A stretch of DNA of 63,052 bases, the filler included, from Licmophora abbreviata (Eukaryota), in NCBI GenBank assembly GCA_900291995.1. It is 12 parts of 12 records of this genome, joined end to end, with 100 filler letters (N's around TTAATTAATTAA, not from the genome) between each part and the next. Parts side by side here need not be neighbours in the genome. Positions count along the whole stretch, not along the records: positions 39,362 to 48,003 come from OLMU01000978.1; positions 48,104 to 52,358 come from OLMU01000980.1; positions 52,459 to 54,426 come from OLMU01000982.1; 9 more parts are not named here. One strand, given 5' to 3'. The notes below the pieces were generated by a model. That model searched no databases and was not told the DNA's origin. It saw only the letters and a list, made by a program, of their open reading frames with translations. This document shows positions 43,027-52,661 of the stretch, piece by piece (position 1 is the first letter of the stretch; every line of letters starts with the position of its first letter). The translations under genes and the position numbers were made by a program.

Positions 43027-44025
43027 TCAGAACACGGCGTGATCGCCCAGATCGACCGACACGTCGCCCCGGATCAGACGGGCATAGAACGCCTCGAGCG
43101 TGTCGGTGCCGAATTCCGGGGTGGCGTCGGCGTCATAGCGGCCCGTTGCGGAATCGAGCAGCAGCATCGACTCGGTCGCGTAGTAGCGGCCGATGCGCGC
43201 CAGTTCGGCCTTGTCACGCCATTTCGGAGACAGCCGCCCGAGCGCGCCGAGACCCGCGATGATCGCATCCATCATACCCACCGGCACGTGGCGAAAGCGC
43301 GGGTCCTGCCCCAGAAGGCGGAAGAGCAGCTCTCCCTGCTGGCGCGGCGTGATCGCGGGACCGGGGCCGCCGATGGGCAGGATGCGGTTCTGCCGGTCGG
43401 GATCGTCGAGACAGGTGGCGATGTAGCGGCCCAGATCGGCATCGCTGATCGGTTTGCAGGCGGTTAGTGCGCCATCACCGAAGAGAAGGAAGGGCTTGCC
43501 CGCGCGCAGGCGCGCGACCTGTCCGGAGAGGGATTTGAAAAACGCGGTCGGGCGCACGATGGAATAGGTCAGGCCCGAGGCGATCAGCGCCTGTTCCGCC
43601 GCCAGCTTGGCCTGCTGGAAAGCCAGACGCGGCTTTTGCACACAGATCGCGGACAACAGAACGACATGGGTGATACCGGCCTCGCGGGCCGGGCCAAGAG
43701 CCGCGACATGGGCCTTGTGATCGATGGCCCAAGCATCGCGCGGCGTGCCGCTGCGCGACGCCATGCAGGAAACCAGCGCATCGAAGCGGTCGCCCCGAAA
43801 CCCGTCGCGGATCAGGGAGGCAGGATCGGTGACATCGCCAAAACGCAAGCTGGCGGCATCGGGCAACGGCACGCGCATGTCGTCCGAGGCGCGCGGGCGC
43901 AGGAAACACGTGACGTGATGGCCTTGGGCCAGAAGGGCGGCAACCGTCGCCTGCCCGATCGTGCCGGTGCCGCCAAGCACGAAAACACGCTTGGGGTCTG
44001 GGGATGGGGTGGCGGCGACTGACAT
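43027..44025 (-). CDS. bciA: Divinyl (proto)chlorophyllide 8-vinyl reductase, NADPH-dependent (BciA/DVR family)
   Basis: GGTGTIG, VSCMASR, AWAID, LLSAICVQKP.LAFQ.AKL, SIVRPTAFFKSL.GQV, FGDG...CKPIS and ARIGRYYATESML. Confidence 0.85.
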   Translation of the reverse strand: MSVAATPSPDPKRVFVLGGTGTIGQATVAALLAQGHHVTCFLRPRASDDMRVPLPDAASLRFGDVTDPASLIRDGFRGDRFDALVSCMASRSGTPRDAWAIDHKAHVAALGPAREAGITHVVLLSAICVQKPRLAFQQAKLAAEQALIASGLTYSIVRPTAFFKSLSGQVARLRAGKPFLLFGDGALTACKPISDADLGRYIATCLDDPDRQNRILPIGGPGPAITPRQQGELLFRLLGQDPRFRHVPVGMMDAIIAGLGALGRLSPKWRDKAELARIGRYYATESMLLLDSATGRYDADATPEFGTDTLEAFYARLIRGDVSVDLGDHAVF

Positions 44026-44069
44026 CAGGCGGGTCCGGCAGGTTGCGGCGGTTGCCGACCTTTGTGACG

Positions 44070-44099
44070 AAAAACGCCCGCTCTGGAAAGAGCGGGCGT
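44070..44099 (-). terminator. Intrinsic terminator of rpsO
   Basis: Minus strand reads ACGCCCGCTCT-TTCC-AGAGCGGGCGT-TTTT. Confidence 0.85.
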
Positions 44100-44125
44100 C
44101 GGGTGATCCGAAAAGGATCGAAACC

Positions 44126-44395
44126 TTAGCGGCGAATGCCGAGGCGCTTGATGAGGTCCTGATACCGGGCCTCTTCCTTGGCCTTGAGGTAGTCCAGCAG
44201 TTTCCGGCGCTGTGCGACCATCTTGAGAAGGCCACGGCGGCCGTGGTTGTCCTTCTTGTGGGTCTTGAAGTGCTCGGTCAGCGTGGCGATACGCGAGGTG
44301 AGGATGGCAACCTGAACTTCGGGCGAACCGGTGTCGCCTTCTTTGGTTGCGAATTCCTTCATCACGCGGTCTTTTTCTTCAGCGGTGATCGACAT
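44126..44395 (-). CDS. rpsO: 30S ribosomal protein S15
   Basis: [29 protein letters not shown] and [18 protein letters not shown]. Confidence 0.99.
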   Translation of the reverse strand: MSITAEEKDRVMKEFATKEGDTGSPEVQVAILTSRIATLTEHFKTHKKDNHGRRGLLKMVAQRRKLLDYLKAKEEARYQDLIKRLGIRR

Positions 44396-44470
44396 CGGGG
44401 TCTCCTTTTTGATCAAGGGTGAAGGGCGCAAGCCGGGATGTCGTCCAGCATGGTCCTATGGAGATACCCC
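44396..44470 (-). promoter_or_regulatory. Putative S15 autoregulatory mRNA leader
   Basis: Minus-strand hairpin GCTGG-ACGACATC-CCGGC (44449-44432) just 5' of the RBS, resembling the alphaproteobacterial S15 leader as recalled. Confidence 0.6.
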
Positions 44471-44559
44471 CCGCAACACGGGGGATGGGCGCGTATAGGA
44501 GGAATCGCGCCGAAAGAAAAGGGGAGAATCGCAGCGCGGCGTCAGGGCCGCGCGCGCGG

Positions 44560-45609
44560 TCAGCTGGCCGGAGGCGGCAGCGCGCTTTCGGGGATCAGGG
44601 CAATGGCGTCAAGCGTCAAGCCCGCCGCGCCGGAAATCGCCGCGATCCGCACACCGTTCAGCACGAGATGTTGTAGATCGGACTCGGCGTCATCGGGTTC
44701 CAGCGTCACCTCGGGATCGGGGTCCGTGCTGTCATCATAGATCACCATCAACGCGTCCTCGGCCAGCGAGAAGTCGAGGATCTCGGCCTGATGGTCTTGG
44801 GTGATCCAATGGCCGAGCATGAAGCTGTCGGCGCCGGTACCGCCGGTCACGGTGTCGTCCTGACCGATGACGATCACATCGTCGCCACCGCCCCCATTGA
44901 GGAAATCCCCGGCGTCGATATCATCGGTTTGCGCGGTGTTCGGATCATCGACAACACCGGTCAGCGCGTCGTTGCCCCAACTTCCGAACAGGGTATCAGC
45001 CCCCAGCCCGCCATCGAGCGTGTCATCGCCCAGACCGCCATGCACGGCATCGGTGCCATCGTCGCCCATGACGCTGTCATTGCCTTCGCCGCCCTGCAGG
45101 CTGTCATCGCCCGCGCCACCCGACAGCGTATCCTGCCCCGCGTGACCATAAAGATCGTCGTCGCCATCCTGACCCAAGAGGCTGTCATCGCCTTCGTCGC
45201 CATGCAGCGTGTCATTCCCGGCCTCGCCCAGAAGCGTATCCTGCCCCAGATCACCGAAAAGCTGATCATCGCCGGGACCACCGGCCACAAGATCATCCCC
45301 GGCATAGCCATTGATCTGATCAGAGGCGTCGGTGCCAGTGATGCTGTTGTCGGTGGCATCGCCCGAGATGATCTCACCCGGTGTGAAGGCTGTGTCGGGC
45401 GCGCTTTGATCGGGTGCGGGACCTTCGGGCGCCGTATCGTCGGGAGACGGGTCTTGCTGATGGAGAGAGGACAGCAGATCAGGCTGACCGGAGTCGGGCT
45501 CCGGCGGGAGCAGGGACTCGGAGTTTTCGTCGGAGGTTCCGAAATCGAACCCGAAAAAGGCCGTTGCACCCACGGCCATCATACCCAGAATACCGGCAAG
45601 CAAAAGCAT
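44560..45609 (-). CDS. Calcium-binding protein with RTX/hemolysin-type GGxGxD nonapeptide repeats
   Basis: Many tandem GGxGxDx(L/V) repeats and a hydrophobic N-terminus. Confidence 0.88.
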   Translation of the reverse strand: MLLLAGILGMMAVGATAFFGFDFGTSDENSESLLPPEPDSGQPDLLSSLHQQDPSPDDTAPEGPAPDQSAPDTAFTPGEIISGDATDNSITGTDASDQINGYAGDDLVAGGPGDDQLFGDLGQDTLLGEAGNDTLHGDEGDDSLLGQDGDDDLYGHAGQDTLSGGAGDDSLQGGEGNDSVMGDDGTDAVHGGLGDDTLDGGLGADTLFGSWGNDALTGVVDDPNTAQTDDIDAGDFLNGGGGDDVIVIGQDDTVTGGTGADSFMLGHWITQDHQAEILDFSLAEDALMVIYDDSTDPDPEVTLEPDDAESDLQHLVLNGVRIAAISGAAGLTLDAIALIPESALPPPAS

Positions 45610-45696
45610 CGCACCAACCCGAAAACACGCGCCCCGATAGAGCCACACAGCCCCGTACCGGTCAAATCCTTCTAGACAGGTTGGTAAACGATCCGG

Positions 45697-46650
45697 TTAA
45701 CGCCGGGAGCCATTGGGGGTGACCTCGTAGCCCGGCTCTTCGGGTTCGTCATCGGTCATTTCGGGTGGGAACCCAGGGGCGCGGATATCGAGCCCGGTGG
45801 CCTCTTCGAGACGGCGGATGATGTTGGGCGACAATTCGCGCGCCCCATAGCGCGAGATGCCATCCTCGAAGATCGAGATCATCAGCGGGTTCAGCTCGAG
45901 CGGGATGCCGGCGCGGTCGGCGACCTGCTGAAACAGGCCGATATCCTTGCGCACCAGATCCATGGTGAAGGAAATGTCACGCGAGCCATTGAGGATCACC
46001 TGGCTTTCGGTCTCGTGCACGAAGGAGGTGCCCGAGCTGATGCGGATCGCCTCATAGGCGGTGGCGAGGTCCATGCCTGCGCCCTTGGCGGTGACAAGCG
46101 CCTCGCAGCAGCTGAGCAGATTGGCGGTGGCGAGGTAGTTGGTGATGACCTTGAGAATGGAGGCCGATCCCAGATCGCCGGTATGCAGGATGCGGCGGCC
46201 CATCTTCGTCAGCAGCGGCAGGATCATCTCGAAGGTGGCACGGTCACAGCCCGCGAAGATCGAGATATTGGCGGTATCGGCCCGGTGACATCCGCCCGAC
46301 ACGGGGCAATCCACGGCAGCGCCACCCTGCGCGATCACCTCGGCGCCAAGGCGCTTGATCTCGGCCTCGTCGGTGGTCGACATCTCGAGCCAGATCTTGC
46401 CGGGGGCGACATGCGGGATCATCTGCCCCACGACACCGGCACTGGCGGCGGGCGAGGGCAGGCAGGTGATGACCGCATCGCAGGCCTGCATCATCGCTGC
46501 CGGATCGCTGGCGGCGGTGGCGCCACGGGCCACGAACCCCGCCACCAGATCGGGATCGAGGTCATGGACCATCAGATCGATCCCGTTGCGCAACAGGCTG
46601 CCCGACAGCTTGCCGCCGACATTGCCCAGACCTATGAACCCGACCTTCAT
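45697..46650 (-). CDS. NAD(P)-dependent oxidoreductase, beta-hydroxyacid (HIBADH/6PGD-like) family
   Basis: VGFIGLGNVG, EMSTT, DCPVSGG, LKVITN and KDIGL. Confidence 0.9.
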   Translation of the reverse strand: MKVGFIGLGNVGGKLSGSLLRNGIDLMVHDLDPDLVAGFVARGATAASDPAAMMQACDAVITCLPSPAASAGVVGQMIPHVAPGKIWLEMSTTDEAEIKRLGAEVIAQGGAAVDCPVSGGCHRADTANISIFAGCDRATFEMILPLLTKMGRRILHTGDLGSASILKVITNYLATANLLSCCEALVTAKGAGMDLATAYEAIRISSGTSFVHETESQVILNGSRDISFTMDLVRKDIGLFQQVADRAGIPLELNPLMISIFEDGISRYGARELSPNIIRRLEEATGLDIRAPGFPPEMTDDEPEEPGYEVTPNGSRR

Positions 46651-46725
46651 GTGACCCCTCCCGTCATGTGTTTCGCCCACCATGGGGGATTCGCGGGAAT
46701 TGCCAACAAAAACCGTCGGGGCGGA

Positions 46726-47085
46726 TCAATCGCAGGCGGCGGTAACGATGATCTCGACCTTGAGCACGTCGCGCGCAAGCCTGGCTTCGCCGCAGGCGCG
46801 GGCGGGAGCGTGGCCCTCGGGCACCCATGCGTCCCAGACAGCGTTCATCTCGGCGAAATCGGCCATGTCGGCCAGCCAGATCACCGCCTGCAGCATCCGG
46901 TCGGGCGAGGAGCCTGCCTTGGCCAAAAGCGCCTCGATCCGCGAGATGCAATCGCGGGTCTGCTCGGTCACGGTGTCGCCATCGCCGACCTGCCCACAGA
47001 GATACGCCACCCCGTTATGCTTGACGATCTTGCTCATGCGGGCGCCGGTGTCGATACGTTCGATCATGGATTGGTCCTTTGTCAT
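46726..47085 (-). CDS. RidA/YjgF family imine deaminase
   Basis: [34 protein letters not shown] (catalytic Arg) and KVEI; ATGA coupling to the upstream gene. Confidence 0.93.
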   Translation of the reverse strand: MTKDQSMIERIDTGARMSKIVKHNGVAYLCGQVGDGDTVTEQTRDCISRIEALLAKAGSSPDRMLQAVIWLADMADFAEMNAVWDAWVPEGHAPARACGEARLARDVLKVEIIVTAACD

Positions 47086-48003
47086 TCGGCCGCGTCGGCC
47101 ATGTCTTCCATTGCCGCCAATTCGCCCAAGGTGATGGGTTTGAGGGGCGGACGAATGCGGTAATAGCCTGTGTCATCGAGACTTGCACCGTTTTCACGGG
47201 CCAGAAGCGCGCTGACGGTGAGGCCGCAATAGCGCCCCTGACAGGGTCCCATGCCGGCACGGCCAAAGGCCTTGGCCTGATTTGGCCCCTTGCAGCCAAG
47301 CCGGGCAAAGCGGCGGATGTCACCTGCGGTCACTTCCTCGCACCGGCAGACGATGGTGCTGTCGGCAGGCAAAAGCGCATCGCGGCAGGGGGGATAGGCG
47401 ATGTCGAGAAACGGGCGCGCGGCCCGTTCCGAGGCGCGGCGGCGGTGCAGGGGGGCGGCTTGTGCATCGCGCTGCGCATGCGTGATCCGACCCAGATCAC
47501 AGGCGGCATGAAGCGCGGCAAGCCTGCCAGATATCTCGGCCACGGCAGCGCCGCCGATCCCGGCGCCGTCCCCGGCGATCCGAATAGATTGGTGAGAGGT
47601 CACGCCCCAGTCATCCACCTGCGGCGCAAAGCATGCCTGCCGCGCGTCCCAGTGATGCGCGATGCCGAGCGAGCGGGCGGCTTGGGTGTTTGGCACGACG
47701 CCGTGATGCAACAGCACCGTGTCACAGGCGATACGATGGGTCTTGCCGCCCGCGGCAAAGCACAGGGCGGTGGCGTGGCTGTCACCCTCGATGCGCAGAC
47801 CCGTGGCGCCGATGTGGCGCGGCACGCCCGCGCGGCGGATGTCGGCCAGCATGCGCGCGCCCTTGAGCAGGTAGCGCCAGCCGCGCAAGGCGCCGGGCAG
47901 ATGGCGCAGGGAGGCCAGAAAATCGGCGCGGCTCTGGGTTTCGACGAGAGCGAGCGGCGGAGTGCCGGCGCGCACCATCTGGGAGGCGATCAGGTAAAGC
48001 AGC
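47082..48003 (-). CDS. HcnB/OoxA-like FAD/NAD oxidoreductase with C-terminal BFD-like Fe-S domain, 3' part
   Basis: [34 protein letters not shown] and [13 protein letters not shown]. Confidence 0.9.
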
Positions 48004-48103
48004 NNNNNNNNNNNNNNNNNNNNNNNNNNNNNNNNNNNNNNNNNNNNTTAATTAATTAANNNNNNNNNNNNNNNNNNNNNNNNNNNNNNNNNNNNNNNNN
48101 NNN

Positions 48104-48224
48104 CCAAGAGGGCCGCGGCAAGGTTCGCGCCATCGGGCAGGGCGTAGTCCTGACCATCGAAGCGCACGGTGACACGCGGGGTGCTGTCGGGTGACAGCTC
48201 AAGAAACGGCGAAGCGTCGTTCAC
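48104..48224 (-). CDS. HcnA-like 2Fe-2S subunit, 5' part
   Basis: VTVRFDGQ....DGANLAAAL N-terminus; lies between the HcnC-like and HcnB-like genes. Confidence 0.75.
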
Positions 48225-49299
48225 TGAACACCTCCAGATCGGGGGCGGCATCATTGCCTTCGAGCCAGTCGGTCAGATACCGGGCATGGGCCGCCGCAAG
48301 GGTGATGCCGCTATGGCAGGTAACAAGGTAAGCCCCTGACATTTCGGGACTTTCCTGATAGATCGGCAGGCCATCGGGCGACATGATCCGAAGCGCGCCC
48401 CAAGCGCGGACGATCTGCGCGCGGGCGAGATCGGGAAAGACGGTGGCGGCGCGGGCGGCGATATGGGCGGTGGTGTCGATGGTGACGCTGTCGTCATACC
48501 CCACCTCTTCCTTGCTGTCGCCGATCTGCACGCCGCCTTCGTCCACCTGCCGGATGATCCCCGAAGGGCGGTTCATCAGCTTGGGCAGTTTCTCGGTCAC
48601 GAGAACCTGACCGCGTTGGGGGCGCATGGGGGCTTGAAAGCCAAGTTTCGGGCCAAGAGCAATCCCACCAAGTCCTGCTGAGAGAACAACTTTTCCGGCC
48701 TCATGGGTGGCGCCATCGGTGCAGGTGATCCGAAAGGAGGACGGCTTGTCGACATCGGTGACGGTCACCCCGGTGCGCACCTGACCGCCCATGCGGCGGA
48801 CATCGTCGGACAGGGCCTTGAGCAGGCGCAGCGGGTTCACGTGACCGTCCTGATGATGCAGGATCGCGCCCACGACCTTGGGGCCGATATTGGGCTCTTC
48901 GCCCTTGAGAGCGTTGTGACCAAGCACCTCGAACGGGTAATTTCCATCCAGTTCGTCACGCAGTTTTTCGTAGGATTTCACCTTTTTATCAAAGGCTTCC
49001 TCGTCAATGTGGTAATCAAGCCCGCCCTTCTGCACAAGCGACAGATCGCGGCCCGTCGACTCGGCCAGGTCAGCGGCGAAATCGGCCCAGGCGGCGGCGG
49101 ATTGCTGGGACCAGCGGGCATAGGCGGGTTGCGAGAGGCCCTTGGATTGCACCCAGACAAGGCCGAAATTTCCACGGCTGGCACGGTAAGAGCCATCGTC
49201 GCCATCGAGCACCAGAACGGAGCGGCCTTTTTTCAAAAGGCCCCAGGCGATGGAGAGGCCCACGACGCCGCCGCCGATGATCGCGTAATCCGCCTGCAT
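48199..49299 (-). CDS. FAD-dependent amino-acid oxidoreductase (DAO family; HcnC/OoxB-like)
   Basis: IIGGGVVG, RASRGNFGLVWVQSKG, DGHVNP, PQRGQ, RAWGALR..SPDGLP and CHSGITLA. Confidence 0.92.
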   Translation of the reverse strand: MQADYAIIGGGVVGLSIAWGLLKKGRSVLVLDGDDGSYRASRGNFGLVWVQSKGLSQPAYARWSQQSAAAWADFAADLAESTGRDLSLVQKGGLDYHIDEEAFDKKVKSYEKLRDELDGNYPFEVLGHNALKGEEPNIGPKVVGAILHHQDGHVNPLRLLKALSDDVRRMGGQVRTGVTVTDVDKPSSFRITCTDGATHEAGKVVLSAGLGGIALGPKLGFQAPMRPQRGQVLVTEKLPKLMNRPSGIIRQVDEGGVQIGDSKEEVGYDDSVTIDTTAHIAARAATVFPDLARAQIVRAWGALRIMSPDGLPIYQESPEMSGAYLVTCHSGITLAAAHARYLTDWLEGNDAAPDLEVFSERRFAVS

Positions 49300-49328
49300 G
49301 TGGTTCTTCCGGGTCGGTGTTTCAGGGG

Positions 49329-49446
49329 CCGGGGCGGCGGGTTCGGGCCGCCCCGGTTTGTGTGCGATTGGTACGAATCCTACGCGGGATTGGTACGGAT
49401 GACAGAAGCCGGACCGGGATTTGTGTCCATTCCGTACACAAACCCC
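49329..49446. repeat. Intercistronic hairpin plus three degenerate palindromic units of about 30 bp
   Basis: Hairpin CCGGGGCGGC/GCCGCCCCGG (49329-49356); units at 49355-49380, 49386-49410 and 49416-49446. GGTTTGTGTGCG is an 11/12 inverted match to CGTACACAAACC. Confidence 0.6.
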
Positions 49447-49462
49447 GATACGAAGCGCGGGA

Positions 49463-50455
49463 TTACTGGCCGATCTTGTCGAGGATCGCCTGACCCCAGT
49501 CGGCGCCGACATCCTCGAGCACCTGCGGCCAGACCTCGGCGCGGACCTTGGTGGCCATCGCGGCAAGCTGCTCGTCGGTCAGATCGACGACGGTGGCGCC
49601 CAGCTCATCGGCAAGGCGCTGTTCCCACTTGCCCTGATCCTCTTCGGCGACGGTCCAGCGGGTGGCCTCGAACGCTTCGGCAGCGGTTTTGAGAGCGGCC
49701 TGATCCTCGGCGTCCAGAGCGGCGAGCGACTCGTTCGAGATGATCATGTACCAAACCTCGAAATGGGTGTTGGCGGGGATATAGGCCTTGGTCACGTCAC
49801 GGAAAGACCCGTAGTAGCCTTCGGCACCCGAGCCGATCACACCATCGACCACGCCGGTCTGAATGGCGGTGAACGCCTCGGAGAAGGGGATGGGCGACGG
49901 GATGTAGCCAAGCGCCTCGCCGGTCAGCTGGAAGGACTTGATGCCGGGCACGCGGACCTTGATGCCGTTGGACTGCGACGGATCGCCGGGATTGACCGGA
50001 TCGGTGTTCAGCGCGATGCCGCCGAAATAGACCGGGTAGGCCGCGAGCATGGTGATGTCCTGCTCGGCGTAAAGATCGGCCATCACGTCACGGACGACAC
50101 CGCCGGGGCCATAGATGGCGCGGGCCTGATCCCAGTTCGCGGCAAGAAAGGGAAACGAGCTGATCTGCATGCGGCGGTCGGCGCCGGTGGCGGCGGGCTG
50201 TGTCGCCATGTCGACCGCGCCGACGCTGACGCGTTCCTGCACGGTGGTGTAGTCGCCAAGGGCCGAGGCCGGGAAAAGGTTGATCGTGACATCACCGCCG
50301 GTGGCTTCGGCCACGGTGGTCGAGAAGGCGCGAAGTTCCTTGTCGATGGTGGCGTCCTGCGGGCGCACATGGCTCATTTTCAGGTCGGCGGCGGATGCGA
50401 AGCTGCCGATGGCCACAAGGGCGGCGACAGCGGTGCTGGTCAGGATGTGTTTCAT
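49463..50455 (-). CDS. TRAP substrate-binding protein (DctP family)
   Basis: Signal peptide ending ASA-A, LFPASALG, GIKVRVP and FSEAFTAIQTGVVDG. Confidence 0.93.
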   Translation of the reverse strand: MKHILTSTAVAALVAIGSFASAADLKMSHVRPQDATIDKELRAFSTTVAEATGGDVTINLFPASALGDYTTVQERVSVGAVDMATQPAATGADRRMQISSFPFLAANWDQARAIYGPGGVVRDVMADLYAEQDITMLAAYPVYFGGIALNTDPVNPGDPSQSNGIKVRVPGIKSFQLTGEALGYIPSPIPFSEAFTAIQTGVVDGVIGSGAEGYYGSFRDVTKAYIPANTHFEVWYMIISNESLAALDAEDQAALKTAAEAFEATRWTVAEEDQGKWEQRLADELGATVVDLTDEQLAAMATKVRAEVWPQVLEDVGADWGQAILDKIGQ

Positions 50456-50506
50456 GGGTGTGGTCCTCCGAGTTGGTTTTGGTTTGGTTGGGGTGGCTGA
50501 TGCGGG

Positions 50507-51805
50507 TCAGTAGCCGAACAGCCGCGGCAGAAAGAGCGAGAGATCGGGCCAGAGCGAGGTCAGGAAGACGACCGGCACATAGCCCAGCGCGATCAGGATC
50601 ATGGCGGGCGGGATCACCTTGGTGACCTTCACGTTGCCGATCCGCGCGCCCAGATAGAGGATCGAGGCGTAGGGCGGTGTGACGCCGCCCATCGCGGTGT
50701 TGACGCCCATGATGGCGGCAAACTGCACCGGGCTGACGCCAATCGCCTGCATCAGCGGCAACAGGAGCGGCGCGATCAGGATGATGGCGGTCACGTCGTT
50801 GACGACCATGCCGACGAGAAACAGCAGGATGTTGATGAAGATCAGCAGGAGCACCTTGTTTTCGGTGATCTCGAAGATCGCGCTGACCATTTTCTGGGGG
50901 ATCGCCTCGTAGACGAACATCTGGCTGAGGATCATCGAGAAGAGGATCATCAGCATGATCGCGCCCACGGCGGTCGCGGCCTCTTTGCCGGCTGCGAGGA
51001 AGCTGCCCCATGTCAGCCCGCGATAGATGAAGAAGCCCACCGGCAGCGCGTAGATGACCGAGATCGCGGCGGCCTCGGTCGGGGTCATGATGCCGCCATA
51101 GATGCCGCCGAGGATGATGATCGGCATGAGCAGCGCCGGTGTGGCGTTGAAGCCCTTGTGGGCGACGTCGGTGGCCAGCTGCGTGAAGCTGGGCTTGTCA
51201 TCGAGGATCAGATCGAACTTGCGGCTCATCCAGAGGTTCACGACCGAGAAGTTGAACATGATGAGCAGGCCCGGCCCGAGCGTGGCAAGAAAACACGCGA
51301 GGATCGAGGTGTCGGTGACCCAGCCATAGACGATCATCGTGACCGAGGGCGGAATGAGCAGGCCGAGGATCGACGAATTGGCGATGAGCGCCGTGGCATA
51401 GGCCCGCGGATAGCCGCGTTTCTCCATTTCGGGGATCAGCAAGGGGCCGATGGCGGCGATGCCGGTCAGGCCCGAGCCGGAGATCGCGCCGATGATCGCG
51501 CAGGACACCGCCGCGACCACGCCAAGCCCGCCCCGGACATGGCCGATGAAGGCGTTGACGAAGTTCAGAAGACTGGCGGCGATGCCACTGGCGGACATGA
51601 TCGTGCCGGCCAGAACGAAGAGCGGGATGGCCAGAAGCACCGGGTTGCCAAGCTGCTGGAAGCCCCAGAGGATCATGCCCTTCATGGTCACGCCGCCGAG
51701 GAAATACATCACCATCAGCGCCGAACCGAAGCAGTAGGGCAGAGGCACGCCAAGCGTGAGGGTCAGCACCAGAAGTGCAATGGCGAGAAGGGCAATCTCG
51801 ATCAT
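50507..51805 (-). CDS. TRAP large permease (DctM family)
   Basis: LLAIPLFVLAG, GAISGS, LIPPS, GGIYGGIMTPTEAA and TPPY. Confidence 0.94.
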   Translation of the reverse strand: MIEIALLAIALLVLTLTLGVPLPYCFGSALMVMYFLGGVTMKGMILWGFQQLGNPVLLAIPLFVLAGTIMSASGIAASLLNFVNAFIGHVRGGLGVVAAVSCAIIGAISGSGLTGIAAIGPLLIPEMEKRGYPRAYATALIANSSILGLLIPPSVTMIVYGWVTDTSILACFLATLGPGLLIMFNFSVVNLWMSRKFDLILDDKPSFTQLATDVAHKGFNATPALLMPIIILGGIYGGIMTPTEAAAISVIYALPVGFFIYRGLTWGSFLAAGKEAATAVGAIMLMILFSMILSQMFVYEAIPQKMVSAIFEITENKVLLLIFINILLFLVGMVVNDVTAIILIAPLLLPLMQAIGVSPVQFAAIMGVNTAMGGVTPPYASILYLGARIGNVKVTKVIPPAMILIALGYVPVVFLTSLWPDLSLFLPRLFGY

Positions 51806-52275
51806 CGGGCTGCCCCCTGTCCGCGCAGGATGTTGATGTGGCGCACCAGATGCATCGCGGTGTAGAGCATCATCAGACCCAAGCCCACGACCAGCGCCAC
51901 ATCGGAATAGAAGGTGGGGATGTAGAGCGTCGGGCTTTCCTTCCAGACGCGCCAGGCATAGCGGGTGAAGTCCCAGGCCCAGGACAGAAGCCAAAGGCCG
52001 ACGATCAGGCTGATGATCTCGCCGATGATGGCGAGGATCGTGTGGCCGCGTTCGGACTTGATGGCGATTTCCAGCACATTGGCGCGGATATGGGTGTCTT
52101 CGCGAGAGGCGTTGACGGCGCCGAAGATATAGAGCCACAGGGTGGGATAGAGCATGGTTTCCTCAAGCCCCATGACCGGGATCTGAAGCACGTAGCGGGT
52201 GATGACCTGCACGAACTGGCCAAGGGCGACCACGCAGATCAGGCCCGTGAGCAGGTATTTCGCGAACGTGTCCAT
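51802..52275 (-). CDS. TRAP small permease (DctQ family)
   Basis: QVITRYV...EE...HIRA; four TM helices; ATGA overlap with dctM. Confidence 0.9.
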   Translation of the reverse strand: MDTFAKYLLTGLICVVALGQFVQVITRYVLQIPVMGLEETMLYPTLWLYIFGAVNASREDTHIRANVLEIAIKSERGHTILAIIGEIISLIVGLWLLSWAWDFTRYAWRVWKESPTLYIPTFYSDVALVVGLGLMMLYTAMHLVRHINILRGQGAAR

Positions 52276-52458
52276 ATGCCCCCCCGCATGTGCCGGAATG
52301 TTCAACAACAGATTGACGGCGGGCATGGCATAAATGCAAATTGGAAAAATCACTCAATNNNNNNNNNNNNNNNNNNNNNNNNNNNNNNNNNNNNNNNNNN
52401 NNTTAATTAATTAANNNNNNNNNNNNNNNNNNNNNNNNNNNNNNNNNNNNNNNNNNNN

Positions 52459-52661
52459 CGCAAAACCTCGAAGCTGACCCCGTCAAGCCGCAGATAGCCG
52501 AAGTCGAACCCCAGCTGGGCAAAGGCGGATTGCACCGCCTGAGCCACGCTTTGTCCGGCGCGCAGCGTGACGCGCACCGGCACGGCCTCGCATTGGAGGG
52601 CGCTGACGCGCTCTTGGGCGGCCGTGCCGGGATGCTGGATCCGGCGCATCATGACCGTCAC
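52459..52661 (-). CDS. Probable PPC/DUF296-like protein, 5' part
   Basis: MRRIQHPG...RV...TLRAGQSVAQAV N-terminus; GTGA overlap with the acyl-CoA ligase. The family call rests on a short fragment. Confidence 0.5.

Noticed and set aside
47082..49299. Hydrogen cyanide synthase
   Set aside because: Same family, but the importer and RidA context fits catabolism better; the substrate cannot be assigned from sequence.
49355..49446. Mini-CRISPR array
   Set aside because: Units are degenerate and nearly abutting, with no spacers and no cas genes.
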